From positions 25,358,001 through 25,422,000 of the forward strand of contig NC_092674.1 of the NCBI RefSeq assembly GCF_964355755.1: DNA of 64,000 bases. Reading direction: 5' to 3'. This stretch comes from Antedon mediterranea (lineage: Eukaryota > Animalia > Echinodermata). Numbering within the stretch: position 1 is the first letter of the stretch; every line of letters begins with the position of its first letter. The notes below the pieces were generated by a model. It did not search any database. It saw nothing but the letters and a program-made list of their open reading frames with translations, and had not been told where the DNA came from. This document shows positions 53,079 through 64,000 of the stretch, piece after piece. The translations under genes were made by a program, and so were the position numbers.

Positions 53079-56000
53079 TTATCTTGTGCACACAACGCAT
53101 GATAACTCGTGGTTATCAACATATGGCGGACATTTGAGTGACCCACATTTTCCGACGGCAGGATAGATTACAAAGCCATTTTTATCCATTTTTGAATTAT
53201 CCCTACTTTGAGGAGAGCCGTCGACGCAAAGGTATTCATGGGTGGCCTTGTGATGAGTACAACCACCCATTAATAAACCTTCGTACTCCTTGGTCCAGCC
53301 TTCAGGGCATGTACGTTTAGCTGGGATCATTATACTTGCTGATCAACCTTTTGCTAGACACACTGCGCAAGCTGGATCCGTGTCATGTACGTCATTCCAC
53401 TGAGGGTATTGATCGGACGCCGTTTGGTACTCAGCACCATACACTTCAGCCCTATGAGAGCCGTTCGCCACCATTCGCTCGTCGTATTCAGGTTTCTCGG
53501 GTAAACACAGTGGGTTTGTACCAGCTCCAGTTTGCATAAAGTGCCCTCCTCCAAGATACCCTAAACATTATTATTCAAAACAGTAAAACAATAAACGTGG
53601 TAATCATAATGTAAGGTGTAACAAAATTGTCGGTGCCCAAATCCGACGCAACCATACAATTGCGGCCTAGAAATAGAATCTGCTTTTCATGTTGTAGTTG
53701 AGTATTTTAACAAGCCGACACTTGTTATTACTTGATAATAGAGACTTTACGAAACACGACGGGAAGCCACAGGACGGTGCGATCATGAATAATTTATGCA
53801 TGAGCTTTAACAAAGTAGGCGGAGCTTAGTGTGAAATTCCGTCGTCTTAACTTTTTGAGGACGATAAAGTTGCCATTTTCCCGTTTACGGAGAACGAATT
53901 GAACAAATATACATATAACCTTAAATATACAGTTCAAATTACACTTAAACGTTGAAAAAATATTTGAACTTAAAATTTAATTGTTTAACGAAATAACATT
54001 TTTATTGGGTTAAAATGGCTGTGTTAAAAGCAATACATTCTGCGAGGCGTTTGAATTCGATGCTCCTAGCTAGGAAGGCCTATGCTGTTCCACCAGAGCT
54101 AAGCGATTCAGAAGGGCCCACGCCGCAAGACACGGGAGGGGGAGAGGGATACTATCGGTCATCGTCTTCACGCAAGGGCTCGTAACTAATAAAACGGCTA
54201 TGTTGACTGTATATGATTTTGCGCTCTAGCGAACACAAGATATATTCATCGTCCTCCCCTAACCGTCGTTAGTTAAAAGTCCTTTAAAGTGAGGTGGACG
54301 ACCCAAGGTGAAATGCGCTGGTGACGTTCGGGAAGTTTAAAGGCAAGGAGAGAGGGAGGGGCGATGAAACCGAAAATAAGTATAAAGTGTAAATAAAAAT
54401 AATGTTCAAAACAACATTTTATCACAAGTTTTATGTAAATTCATAATTTACATTTTGTTCAACCTTTTATATATACTGTACACATAGGCCTAGTACTATG
54501 GGTTTGAATGGTGGATCTTATGAATAATAATGCTGTTTGTGATTTTAAAATTAATAACATTGATTTATTTTCACTTACCAACGTATACGATTTCTGAAGA
54601 ATTTGGGGTGCAGTCCTTCCGACCCCAATGAATATACTCAACATAATTGTTAATGTTATTTGTAAAAGCTGTAAATAATAAATTACATTATACTGACAAC
54701 AGATATTCCTTCAAAAATCATTACTTTTAAGGCTGTAATTGTGAAATAGAATTAACTGTAAACTTGTTACCAAATGTAATGCGAAATAATTTGACCAACC
54801 ACGATCTACTTTAATCGCATTGGAACGATATAGAGTCATGTTACCCCATCAGAGCCTACACAATACACTCTAGGGTAAGGGTTAGAAGGCAGAAATTTTG
54901 CTGGATAAGGGACCTTGGTGGCCCCGAGCCTCCAGATCTGCTTCTGTAATAATTGTGTAATAAATCAAATTCCATAACTTATTAATTTTGTAATAGTTTT
55001 AGAGCAAATTACGTCACAACGTATACACGCTTAGAATTTTTCAGAGGTTATAATTATTAATTTTGTAATAGTTAAGAACAATTCTCATAACTTATTCACT
55101 CTTAGAATTTTTCAGAGGTTTATATAAATTTCAGGGGTCTGGGTGATTATAAAATAGGATATTCTCCGTGTACAAATGGTTTAGAGATGAGAATAACAAA
55201 GAACACGTGGTCTTAAAACTCGATAACTAATTGAAAATGATATATTTTTTTTTAATTATTAAGGGCAATGTCACAATTAGATAATTTTTATTGTCTAAAA
55301 AAAAAACAAATATCAACACACAACACGCTTACCTTTGTCACCGAAAAGGAAATTCCGGATTACTCCGCCATTGTTTTTAGAGGCCTTTATAATAATAATT
55401 AATATAAAATATTATGATTAATTTAATTCTTCACCATCCATAAGATAATTAATTTCAAGTATATATAAATGTGTCTTTTTAAAACTTTAATTAACGACTT
55501 ATCTAGCCGGTCGTGTCCTTATTACAAATGATTTCGATAAACTGCAGAAAAACGTGCACAATGGTCAAATTTGTTTTAATTACGAACATGTATTATTATA
55601 ATTTGCCTTGCCTGTGTAAGAAAGACATAATAATTATTCATATAAGAGAAATTATTTATTTTTCATTAAGAAATGTTACATATTAATACATGGATAGAAG
55701 TATAGATGTATTGTCCCTTGAAACACACAAAAATGAAGGTCAAAATATACTAAATTTTAATTGGCCATATCAAAGTAATATTAAAGTTATTCACTTTAAG
55801 TCGAAAATTCGAGCCAAAAACAAAAATTTTATGTAATTAACAGCTAAATTAATTTGATTACATTTCTTCTGGAAAATAGTCACGAGCAAAAGTAAACAAA
55901 GATTTCAAACAGTAAGTATACATTATGCATGATGTTAATTAGGATTGTTTACAACTCTTCATGGTTGAGAAGGTGTTTTCACACAGATCGCGAGGAAGTT

Positions 56001-56778
56001 TTATGATTATGCATACAGAGTAGCCAAATAAGCGCATTGCATTATAAGATATGTTTTGATCGAAAACTTTGACTGGAAGTCAAAGTTATTTTTTGAACCA
56101 AAAAACGTCTGTATTTCAGTTAAATGATTTTTTTTTTGACTAATTTTTGGTGAAAGTTATTAACTATTATGATACTTCAAAATGACCCACTTTTTTTCGA
56201 AATCTTTTTATTTTTATTTTTTGGGAATTTGACAAAGGGACAATACATCTTTAACTTTTCAGTTTTTGAATAAAGTGTATAATAGGCCTATAGGCTAATA
56301 ATGGGGTTTTTGGACTTTCTCGGATGCATGTACAATTTTGATATGACTCTAAAATACATTTTGTGATTATATAGCCATTAGTATAAACCAGACTACATAA
56401 AATATAACAATATAATATAATATAATAAATCCAAAGGCAAATTACTGAAAATAATGAAAATGCTGTGGGTATCAGTGGCTGGATCTCAATGGAGATACAA
56501 AATAAAATAAGCGAAAAGCTAAATCAAAACAATAAAATAAAACAGCCAGAAAATTTAGCAGTTTTCGGGCTGGGGCAACACTATTATCATGAGTGAAAGT
56601 TAGAGTACTTGGACAAAGTAGATAGTATAAACAGACAAGCGCTGTCTGAGTGGACTATGATAATTTTAATAAAAAAGAGTTAATAAAAAGTCATAATCTT
56701 GATTAAGGTTCTTACCTTGGCTTCGGTTAGCAAAATCAGGCAATACCCAAAAATGACGGTACCTTTGAAGATCTTCAT
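53079..56778 (-). pseudogene. Gene B copy 4 with nonsense mutation; exons 56716-56778, 55333-55384, 54579-54668, 53079-53560
   Basis: CGA>TGA at 53343-53345 truncates the NC1-like domain; the 5' exons carry several substitutions. Confidence 0.85.
55704..56250. mobile_element. Kolobok-like MITE within ~1 kb of unit-4-specific intron 1 sequence (55529-56514)
   Basis: TIR AGATGTATTGTCCCTT / AAGGGACAATACATCT-TTAA, the same termini family as 14788-15009. Confidence 0.65.
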
Positions 56779-58095
56779 TTTCTTGTTGGTTGTTGGTTTG
56801 TACACCTTTAAAGCTGATGTAATGAAAATGTAAAACTGATTCTGTTTTATAGGCCTACTAACAACAGGTGCGCGGTCAGTAATTGGTGCTAGGTGTTGCA
56901 AAATAAATAAAATCATATTTCTAATAATATTGAAAATTAGTGTTCAAATAATAATATTTCTAATTAAAAACTTATCTGATTTAGTTATTGAATACAAAAA
57001 TGTGTACTGTTCCAGTTACACAATATAGTGTGTGTTTTGAAAGGTGGCCAAATTTCGTTTTTCCGCGAATGTTTACTATTCAAAATAACAAATCTAAAAA
57101 TGTCACTTTAATTGGTCGAGTATTAACTTCCCAGAATTACTAGGGTCTAGGTTTTTGCAAAGCTTGGCCCAACAATACCATCACCATTATATTCGAAAAC
57201 CACAACGTGTTACTCTGTTGGTACTCTTTTTGATATTCGTCGCTGCAGAACAGAATCTTCTTTTCAATCATATATATCCCACTTGTTACCAGAATCTGGA
57301 ATAACTTACTCGGTGAAATTTGCAACTTAGATATTTCTGTTAGTTACTTCTTTTAAAACCAAATTATTAAACCATCTCAGTACTTATTTTTTAAATAGTT
57401 TTGATGTTGAAAACGTGTGTCGCCTTTTGAAGATGCTTTAATTGTAAAATGTAATTTTTTTGTGCTCTTTTCTGGGTTGACCAACTAGCATAGGTGTTTA
57501 GTATCTGTTTGTTCTTTCCTTGCCGTTTATATTTTGTTTATTTTTTTCTATGTATGGCAGAAATTGAATAAAATAAAAAAATGAAATATTTGGGAACACC
57601 ACTACCATATTTGGGTACATCACACTTTTTTGTCAAACTAGTTTTGATAGTGTAGACGGAGCTTTATATAAGCTTAGAATTGTTTTCTTCATAGTGATAC
57701 CGAGTTTTTTCTAAACGGTAATTATGTAATTTTCATACCATCAATGTCTCATTAAATAATACCGTATCATTTACACCACAGACTTTTGTACTAATTCATT
57801 AATCAATGATGTTAGAATTGATAAAGTGTTGCATGAGAAGCATTTAAAATGTTTTAAATAAGCGTGTTTCCACCTGAAATTTCATCAGAACAGAAATTAC
57901 ATAGGATACATAATCACAAAAATGTCATTGAAACTTCATAAAAATTATCAAATGTAAAAAAAACACACAAAAAACAGTATTTATAAAATATGTATTTTCT
58001 AAAATGGTGTCGCTCTGCTCTTTGAGATGCGCAAACGCAGTTTTTTCTGATTTTTGGAAGGATTGATTACAGTATGTCAAACCTTTTCTGACTAA

Positions 58096-58306
58096 GGCGT
58101 GGTTCCCACTAGCGACGCAACGTAACGCAACCTACGCAACGTAAGAAAATGCCCTTCCGATAATTGTGTTTGCTCCCGCCTGCATAAAATCAAACCTGCA
58201 ACTTTACAGCACTGTTCCGTTGTCGGTTCACACTAGTGATTACACAATACAGCACCTTGCGTCGATACGTCGCTGCGTTGCGTTGCGTTCTAGTGGGAAC
58301 CACGCT
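58096..58306. mobile_element. Harbinger-type MITE, independent insertion in opposite orientation
   Basis: Same family as 2507-2722; inserted at the TAA of CTGACTAAGGTT, which is empty in units 1-4. Confidence 0.85.
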
Positions 58307-60134
58307 TAATTAAGGTTATACCACATCAGATTAACCAGGGATCATTTCACTCGTCCCTGTATTAACCTTGTTATTTTATTATCTGTACTCAAAGTAACCA
58401 GTTTGTTCAAAAACACATTGCTTTCTTCTGTGATGTTTAGATCACCCGGTTTCTGGGTACTGTATGTTGTGAATAAACAGTAATTAAAATGTGAATAATT
58501 GTAATGATCATGGCATTTGAGATACCGCGAAAACTGCCAAGTGGCTATGCAAATTCAAGTGAGGCCTTTTTAACTGTTTGCATGTCAGTGTACTGTTATT
58601 GAACTGATATAGCCTTGGGTTATTTTAAATATACAAACGACTGAACAACCACAACAAATTATACGAATAATTAACGAATAATTAATGTTTCTCTGAACTT
58701 GCGAAAAGTAGGTAAGCGGTGCCGTTGTACAGCGGTCTTTAATTGGAGAGAGTCTTTAACTTGATGGAGACACCCGGTTTCTAAGTACTGTATGTTGTGA
58801 ATAAACACAATAATTAAAATGTGAATAATTGTAATAATCGTGGCATCTGTGATACCGCGAAAACTGCCAAGGTAGGTAAGCGGGGTCGCGGTACAGCGGT
58901 CTTCAATTGGAGGGAGTCTTTAACTTGAGGGAGACGATTTATTTTTAGTCGTGTGCAACGCGACATTACAGCTCACTATATCGGTCTGTAGGTCGGTCGG
59001 TCAGTAAACACTAATTTAAATTTGAGCACGCGACTGCAGCCATGTACAGTATGGCCTTGTATTGTTTAAGCACGTGAAAGAAAACAAAGTCAAGTGGATA
59101 GAATGAATGCAAATACAAATGATGCCTTTTAAACTTTCCGCGTGCCAATATTTATTGAACTTATATAACCCTAAATTATTTTAAATATACAAACTTCTGA
59201 ACAACCACAACAAATTTAAGAAAATATTATTGGTTTATTATTTCAACCAATATTTACTTTTGTACCAAAATAACATGCATCATATTTGTTTGGCCAAATT
59301 GCAAGAATTGCGACCCTAGTAATGGCGCCAATTCCGTGAGAAAGTAATTTTAGATTTATTTTGAATAGTAAATATTCGAGGAAAACTAAAATTTGGCCAC
59401 CTTTCAAAACACACACTATATTATGTAACTGGAACAGTACCGTACACATTTTCGTATTCAATAACAAAACTAAATCAGATACGTTTTAATTATAAATATT
59501 AGAGTAGGCCTATTCAAACTTCTGACAAATCAGAAAAACAAATTTGTGCGTGTATAGGTGTATTATTTCAACCGATATTAACTTTTGTACCAAAATAACA
59601 TGCATTATTTTTGGGCCAAATTCCAAGAACTACGACCCTAGTAATGTCGCCGATTCCGAGAAAGTAATACACAACCAATTAGAGTGAAATTTTAGATTTG
59701 ATTTGAATAGTAAATATTTTAGGAAATCAAACATTTGGAATTGGAATTATGGCACAAAGGTGCATGAACCATATTTTATCTGCCACGTTTCAAAACAAAT
59801 ACACTAAAACTGGAAGAGTAGGCCTACACATTTTGTATTCAATAACAAAACTTAGATACGTTTTAATTATAAATGTTAGAGGAGTATATAAGTAGTATTA
59901 ATTTTCAATATAATTATAATATTTTTAAGTAGTTTATATATACTGCTTTTACGGATTTTTTTTAAAGCTTTTCTAACTTTACAAGTCCTTGATTGACAGC
60001 GAAGTGTTTAAGATGATATCGTGTTGCTGAACTTCCGACAGCATAATAAAATTAAAATAAACTCGAGTTTGATAAAAAAAAAAAAACATTGTTGGTTCGT
60101 TGTTACGCCGAACAACCTCATCAGTTAAATGAAA

Positions 60135-60382
60135 TACGGTCTTTTAGACGACACCTTCTGCCTGTTTAACAACGAAGTAGAAGCTAACAAATTCCATCGA
60201 TTCCTTAACTCAAGACACAATAATACAACTTTACAACAAAGAAATAAATAACAAATACGATTTCTGTAACATCAGTATTTAGGAAGAAAACTTACAGTGG
60301 TCTCTTTTTAGGATATTTTAGTTTCTGTCCCATGTTGTATAAAACAAGATTAGTCAATATCCTGTTAGATAGACTGTACAAA
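60135..60382 (+). mobile_element. Penelope-like element RT fragment
   Basis: Translates as LDDTFCLFNNEVEANKFHRFLNSRH and TSVFRKKTYSGLFL..FSFCPMLYK, matching PLE RT/thumb motifs. Confidence 0.7.
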
Positions 60383-60384
60383 AT

Positions 60385-61055
60385 GCACTTATATTACCTA
60401 GAATAGCGTATGCTATCACAGTATGGGGTGCTACTTCTGCTACAAATTTAAACCGTATACATATTCTTCAGAAAAAAGCACTTAGAAATATTTGTCATGT
60501 TCATTTTATGCATCCTTCTCATCCACTTTTTATTTCGACCCAAACATTAAATATTTTTTACCTTTATACGAAACACACTGCTATATTTATGTATCAATAT
60601 AAACATAATCTATTACCTGAATCATTTAATAACTTATTTAGTACATCTGCCTCATTCCATAATTACTCAACTAGAAACAGGTCAAACTACTGTCCACAAC
60701 TAAAACGCACCAAAGTCGGACAGCAATGTATTTCCTACCAAGGAACACATATTTGGAATAATTTAACAAACTATATAAAACAATCCCCCACTTTAAGTTT
60801 GTTTAAACAGAGATTAAAGCAATATTATAACAATAGAAATATTTAAGTTAAGTAAATCACATTATGTTATTTTGGTTTGTTCTTTTTTGTTTGTACTAAT
60901 TGTTTGATCTTTTTTTTTAGGGTTACATGCTTAAAGCACTTGTGCCTATTTTGTATCCCATTCTATTATCTTATTATTTGTATTGTATTTGTATATGTTT
61001 TTATTTTGATTATGGAATAAAAATGTCGATGAAGTGAATTCATAAAAAAAAAAAA
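60385..61055 (+). mobile_element. 5'-truncated LINE (L2/Crack group) 3' end
   Basis: YAITVWG...LQKKALR...HPLF...HNYSTR...YQGTHIWNNL...FKQRLK, then a T-rich UTR, AATAAA and an A-run. Confidence 0.85.
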
Positions 61056-61799
61056 TCAATAATACTTGGATATGTTTACTTAAGTTAACACCCACAAATT
61101 TAGGACGTCAATCGCTATTATGCTAACAAACAAACAACGCAAGTGCTATACTTAGCAAAAATGAACGCAAGAACAGACAACGTCACGACAAAGCAGAAAT
61201 GAACGTATGTTTTGGAGAGGCTAACTATAAATTTAAACCTTGGAAACCACGAGACACAGCTAGCCGTTTTAAAATGTAGATAAATACCGGAACTTTAGGC
61301 CCTATATTTATTAGGTAACGTATCAAGTTTATTTAGGTTTTTGTGACAATGTTTTACCAGCAGTAAAGTGGTATTGGAATGCTATAGGTCATAGACATTG
61401 TCCAACTATGATGTACTGTACACAGTACGGAATCTATGCCATTTTTAAAAGAATAAAATTATTTATGGAGCGCATAAAGTTTAATAATTTAGTATTGGTT
61501 TCCTTTGGTAGTCGTTGTTGATAGCCATTTAGTTCATTAATTTTGTTATTATAGGCCTACTATGCCTATGTGTATTTGTTCTGAATTGTATAATAAAAGT
61601 ATGCGATTAATTGTTTCTTGAAGTTGTGTTATTTTATTGTTTAAAATACATCAATAACTAACTCGTGAAGCCATTTTAATTTCAACCCTGGTTTTATTTC
61701 GCCAACTATGCGCTAAAGCACAAAGCAATAGCATCATCTACCGTGAATAATAGATATCATTTGTTAAGAAAAATGTATCCATATATGATAGTACTTTTA

Positions 61800-62670
61800 T
61801 ATATATAACACATAAATAACTTCCTGTCATTTGATTGGACGAATTTTGGTCATATGGCGTGTAATAGTACGCACTATTAAACGATCGTTTAATAGTACTT
61901 GTTTTCGTGTACTAAATAAAAATTCTTTTCGCGTTTTGAAAAATATTTTGTTTTATACTATTGCTTTTGAAATACAACAGCGCCACATATTTTGTACTTT
62001 CACGGCGATTTGAATGTTATGATAGAAGTACATTTCTGGAAAGATATATATACTAATTTAGATCAAAAAGGCATTTAAATTAGCTTTAGATCGTTTTTAG
62101 GATTTTGATTAATAAATGGGAACATCTCTACAAGACATGAAATCGTTGGAAAAAATATAATTAGCCTAGATGAGTTCCAATTGTCTGTCGAAGTTATGCC
62201 TTTCAGCCAAGCTAGTATAGGTCTAGCCTAGGCATGTTAGTAATAAGCTAGGCCTAGCCTAGGCGTTTTAGCCTTGCTAGACCTAGAAATGTTTGGTCGT
62301 TTGTTGACATAATTAGCACTAAAGTACCGGATATTTATATGGATAAAATCCATATAAATATAACATTTATTACAATATTAAAAACCAAATGTGACGCTTT
62401 TAATCAATGTGAATTAAAAATAGGCCTTGTCTAGGCCAGGCTAGGACTACCTTTTATTTGATTCAAATGACAGGATCGAATCTATGTAGATGTTATATAA
62501 AACAAATAAATGTTTTATATTCGTGTAATGGTCCAAATAATGGCATTTTGGTGAATGATGAAATGTTAAATATCAACTAGGCTTTGCCTCATTGATATAT
62601 AACCTTTCATAATTCACCTCATCCCATTATTTGTACCATTACACTCATAAACATTCATTATTTGTATAAT
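61800..62670. mobile_element. Non-autonomous element with a long terminal hairpin (possibly Crypton-type)
   Basis: Interrupts homology at the 3' end of the relic gene; ~125-bp imperfect foldback at 62523-62645; no TIR or TSD seen. Confidence 0.4.
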
Positions 62671-62672
62671 AT

Positions 62673-63084
62673 TGTGCATACAACGCATGGTAACTCGCGG
62701 CTATTACGGTGGATATGTGAGTGAGCAACCTACTCTGATGGCAAGAACAAAAAGGCATTGTTGTTGCTTGAATTACCCTTGGTTTGGGAAGACCCAACAG
62801 AATGCATAATCATGTGCAGTTGTCTAGCCTTCAGGGCATGTACGTTTAGCTGGGATCATAATACTTGTTGGCCTTTTGCCAGACATACTGCGCAAGATGC
62901 ATCCTTCTGAAATGGGTGACCCCAAGCGTATTTTCCTCCACTTGACGCTGCCGCTATTTTACGTTCGTCCATTCATATCTATTCGCCCTAAACAGCCATT
63001 GTAATCGGTTGAGAAAGTTGAAAAACACAGTGTTTTAATTGTACCAGCTCCATAATGTGAATAAGTGCCCTCCACCAAGATATC
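62673..63084 (-). pseudogene. Degenerate last exon of an older gene B paralog
   Basis: Acceptor TTAG|GA TAT CTT GGT GGA GGG CAC; CAVCLAKG, IMIPAKRTCPEG*, ELPCVVCT; several frameshifts and deletions. Confidence 0.85.
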
Positions 63085-63442
63085 CTAAAATAAATAACAC
63101 TGTGGTCGAATGGATTAAAATATAATAGTTCTTCAACTAAATTTAGTTTGTTGTAATCAATGGACTCGTTCAGGCTTAGTTTGCCCGCTAAGTTGACTTA
63201 AAACCACTAACTTTGGTAACCAGCTTATCCGGGTATATTACAACACCTGAACGTACCCAATATCATGTTTACTTACTAAAGCCGATTTTCCACTAGGCGA
63301 ATTTGTTCGCGCGAATCGAAAGCGTCATGCTATGCACATGCGTATTCTAGTTTCTGTCTGTCATACTCCTTTCTGCAACGAATTCTAGTTCCTTTGATTT
63401 TTCGCTGCAGCGAAATTTAATAGTTCGAATTGTTTCTGCTTT

Positions 63443-64000
63443 TTGCCTCGGTATAACTTGGACACAGAAAAAGACATTAAAAGAAGAAAATCACTAGCAG
63501 CTATGGCATATAACAAGGTGAAGTCGTCGCTAGAACACAAAACGATGTCTATAGACGTGAAATCCCGTTTGTTTGACGCATACATAGCAAGTATTTTCTT
63601 ATGTAACAGTGAACTCTGGGTACTAAACAAAAAATTACAAGAGAGTATAGATATATATCACAGGAAAATGTTGCGAAAGATGATAGATATTAAATTAACA
63701 GATAGAGTGTGTAACACGAAAATATACAAGATAACAAAACAAGAAGAATGGAGTAAAAGAATTAAACGGAGGAGACTAAAATGGTATGGACACATAATTA
63801 GATTACCGGATGATACCCCAATCAAATAAACAATGAAGGAAACTAACAGGAAAGTAAAACGACCCGTAGGAAGACCAAGAAATAACTGGATGAATCAAAT
63901 ATAGAAAGACTTACAAGGACAAGTAGACACTAACACAATAACAAACCATCCTGCCATAAACAGAAAAAAATGGAAACAAATTGTGGAAAGCGTAATGTCG
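63443..64000 (+). mobile_element. RTE-group LINE ORF2 C-terminal fragment (degenerate)
   Basis: DIKRR...RRRLKWYGHIIRL...RPVGRPRNNW, with an in-frame stop at 63827-63829. Confidence 0.85.

Larger units (their letters stand above)
44487..58059. repeat. Tandem duplication unit 4 (right part, from ~54630, more diverged)
   Basis: Colinear. Extra elements at 46478, 50297, 52216 and 55529. Lacks the intronic Kolobok-like and Helentron insertions of units 1-3. Confidence 0.93.
58060..63090. repeat. Older degenerate unit 5
   Basis: Homologous to the unit start over 58060-~59915, and again from ~61320 (TATCAAGTTTATTTAGG, cf. 12440) to a relic exon at 62673-63084. Confidence 0.85.

Noticed and set aside
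1-58059. Array as a pure assembly artefact
   Set aside because: Each unit has private insertions with TSDs, deletions and SNPs; read-level confirmation is still advisable.
63279-63440. Partial Harbinger-like MITE end (AGCCGATTTTCCACTAG)
   Set aside because: Only one terminus is visible before the RTE fragment; it cannot be delimited.

Overview
AT-rich eukaryotic DNA, most likely from a marine invertebrate; the taxon cannot be determined from the sequence. The window is a tandem array of an ~11.9-kb unit. Four near-identical copies start at about 1, 18826, 30683 and 44487, and an older degenerate copy runs from about 58060. Each unit carries two convergent spliced genes, reconstructed by hand and mostly invisible to the ORF track. 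Gene A is a + strand, 3-exon, 207-aa basic S/R/P-rich protein I cannot assign to a family. Gene B is a - strand, 4-exon, 228-aa secreted short-chain-collagen-C4-like NC1 protein with no collagen helix. The copies are inactivated in different ways: unit 1 has A dead and B intact, unit 2 has A intact and B lacking its ATG, unit 3 has both intact, unit 4 has both dead, and unit 5 lacks A and has a relic of B. Unit 1 holds a very young full-length BEL/Pao LTR retrotransposon (4219-10527). It has no tRNA primer-binding site (PBS). Instead, an 11-nt sequence abutting the 5' LTR is perfectly complementary to the predicted 5' end of its own transcript, the geometry of Tf1-type self-priming. The rest is unit-specific MITEs, Helentron-type elements, LINE and Penelope fragments, and probable transposon excision footprints, many confirmed by empty sites in sister units. 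All calls come from manual reading; no searches were run.
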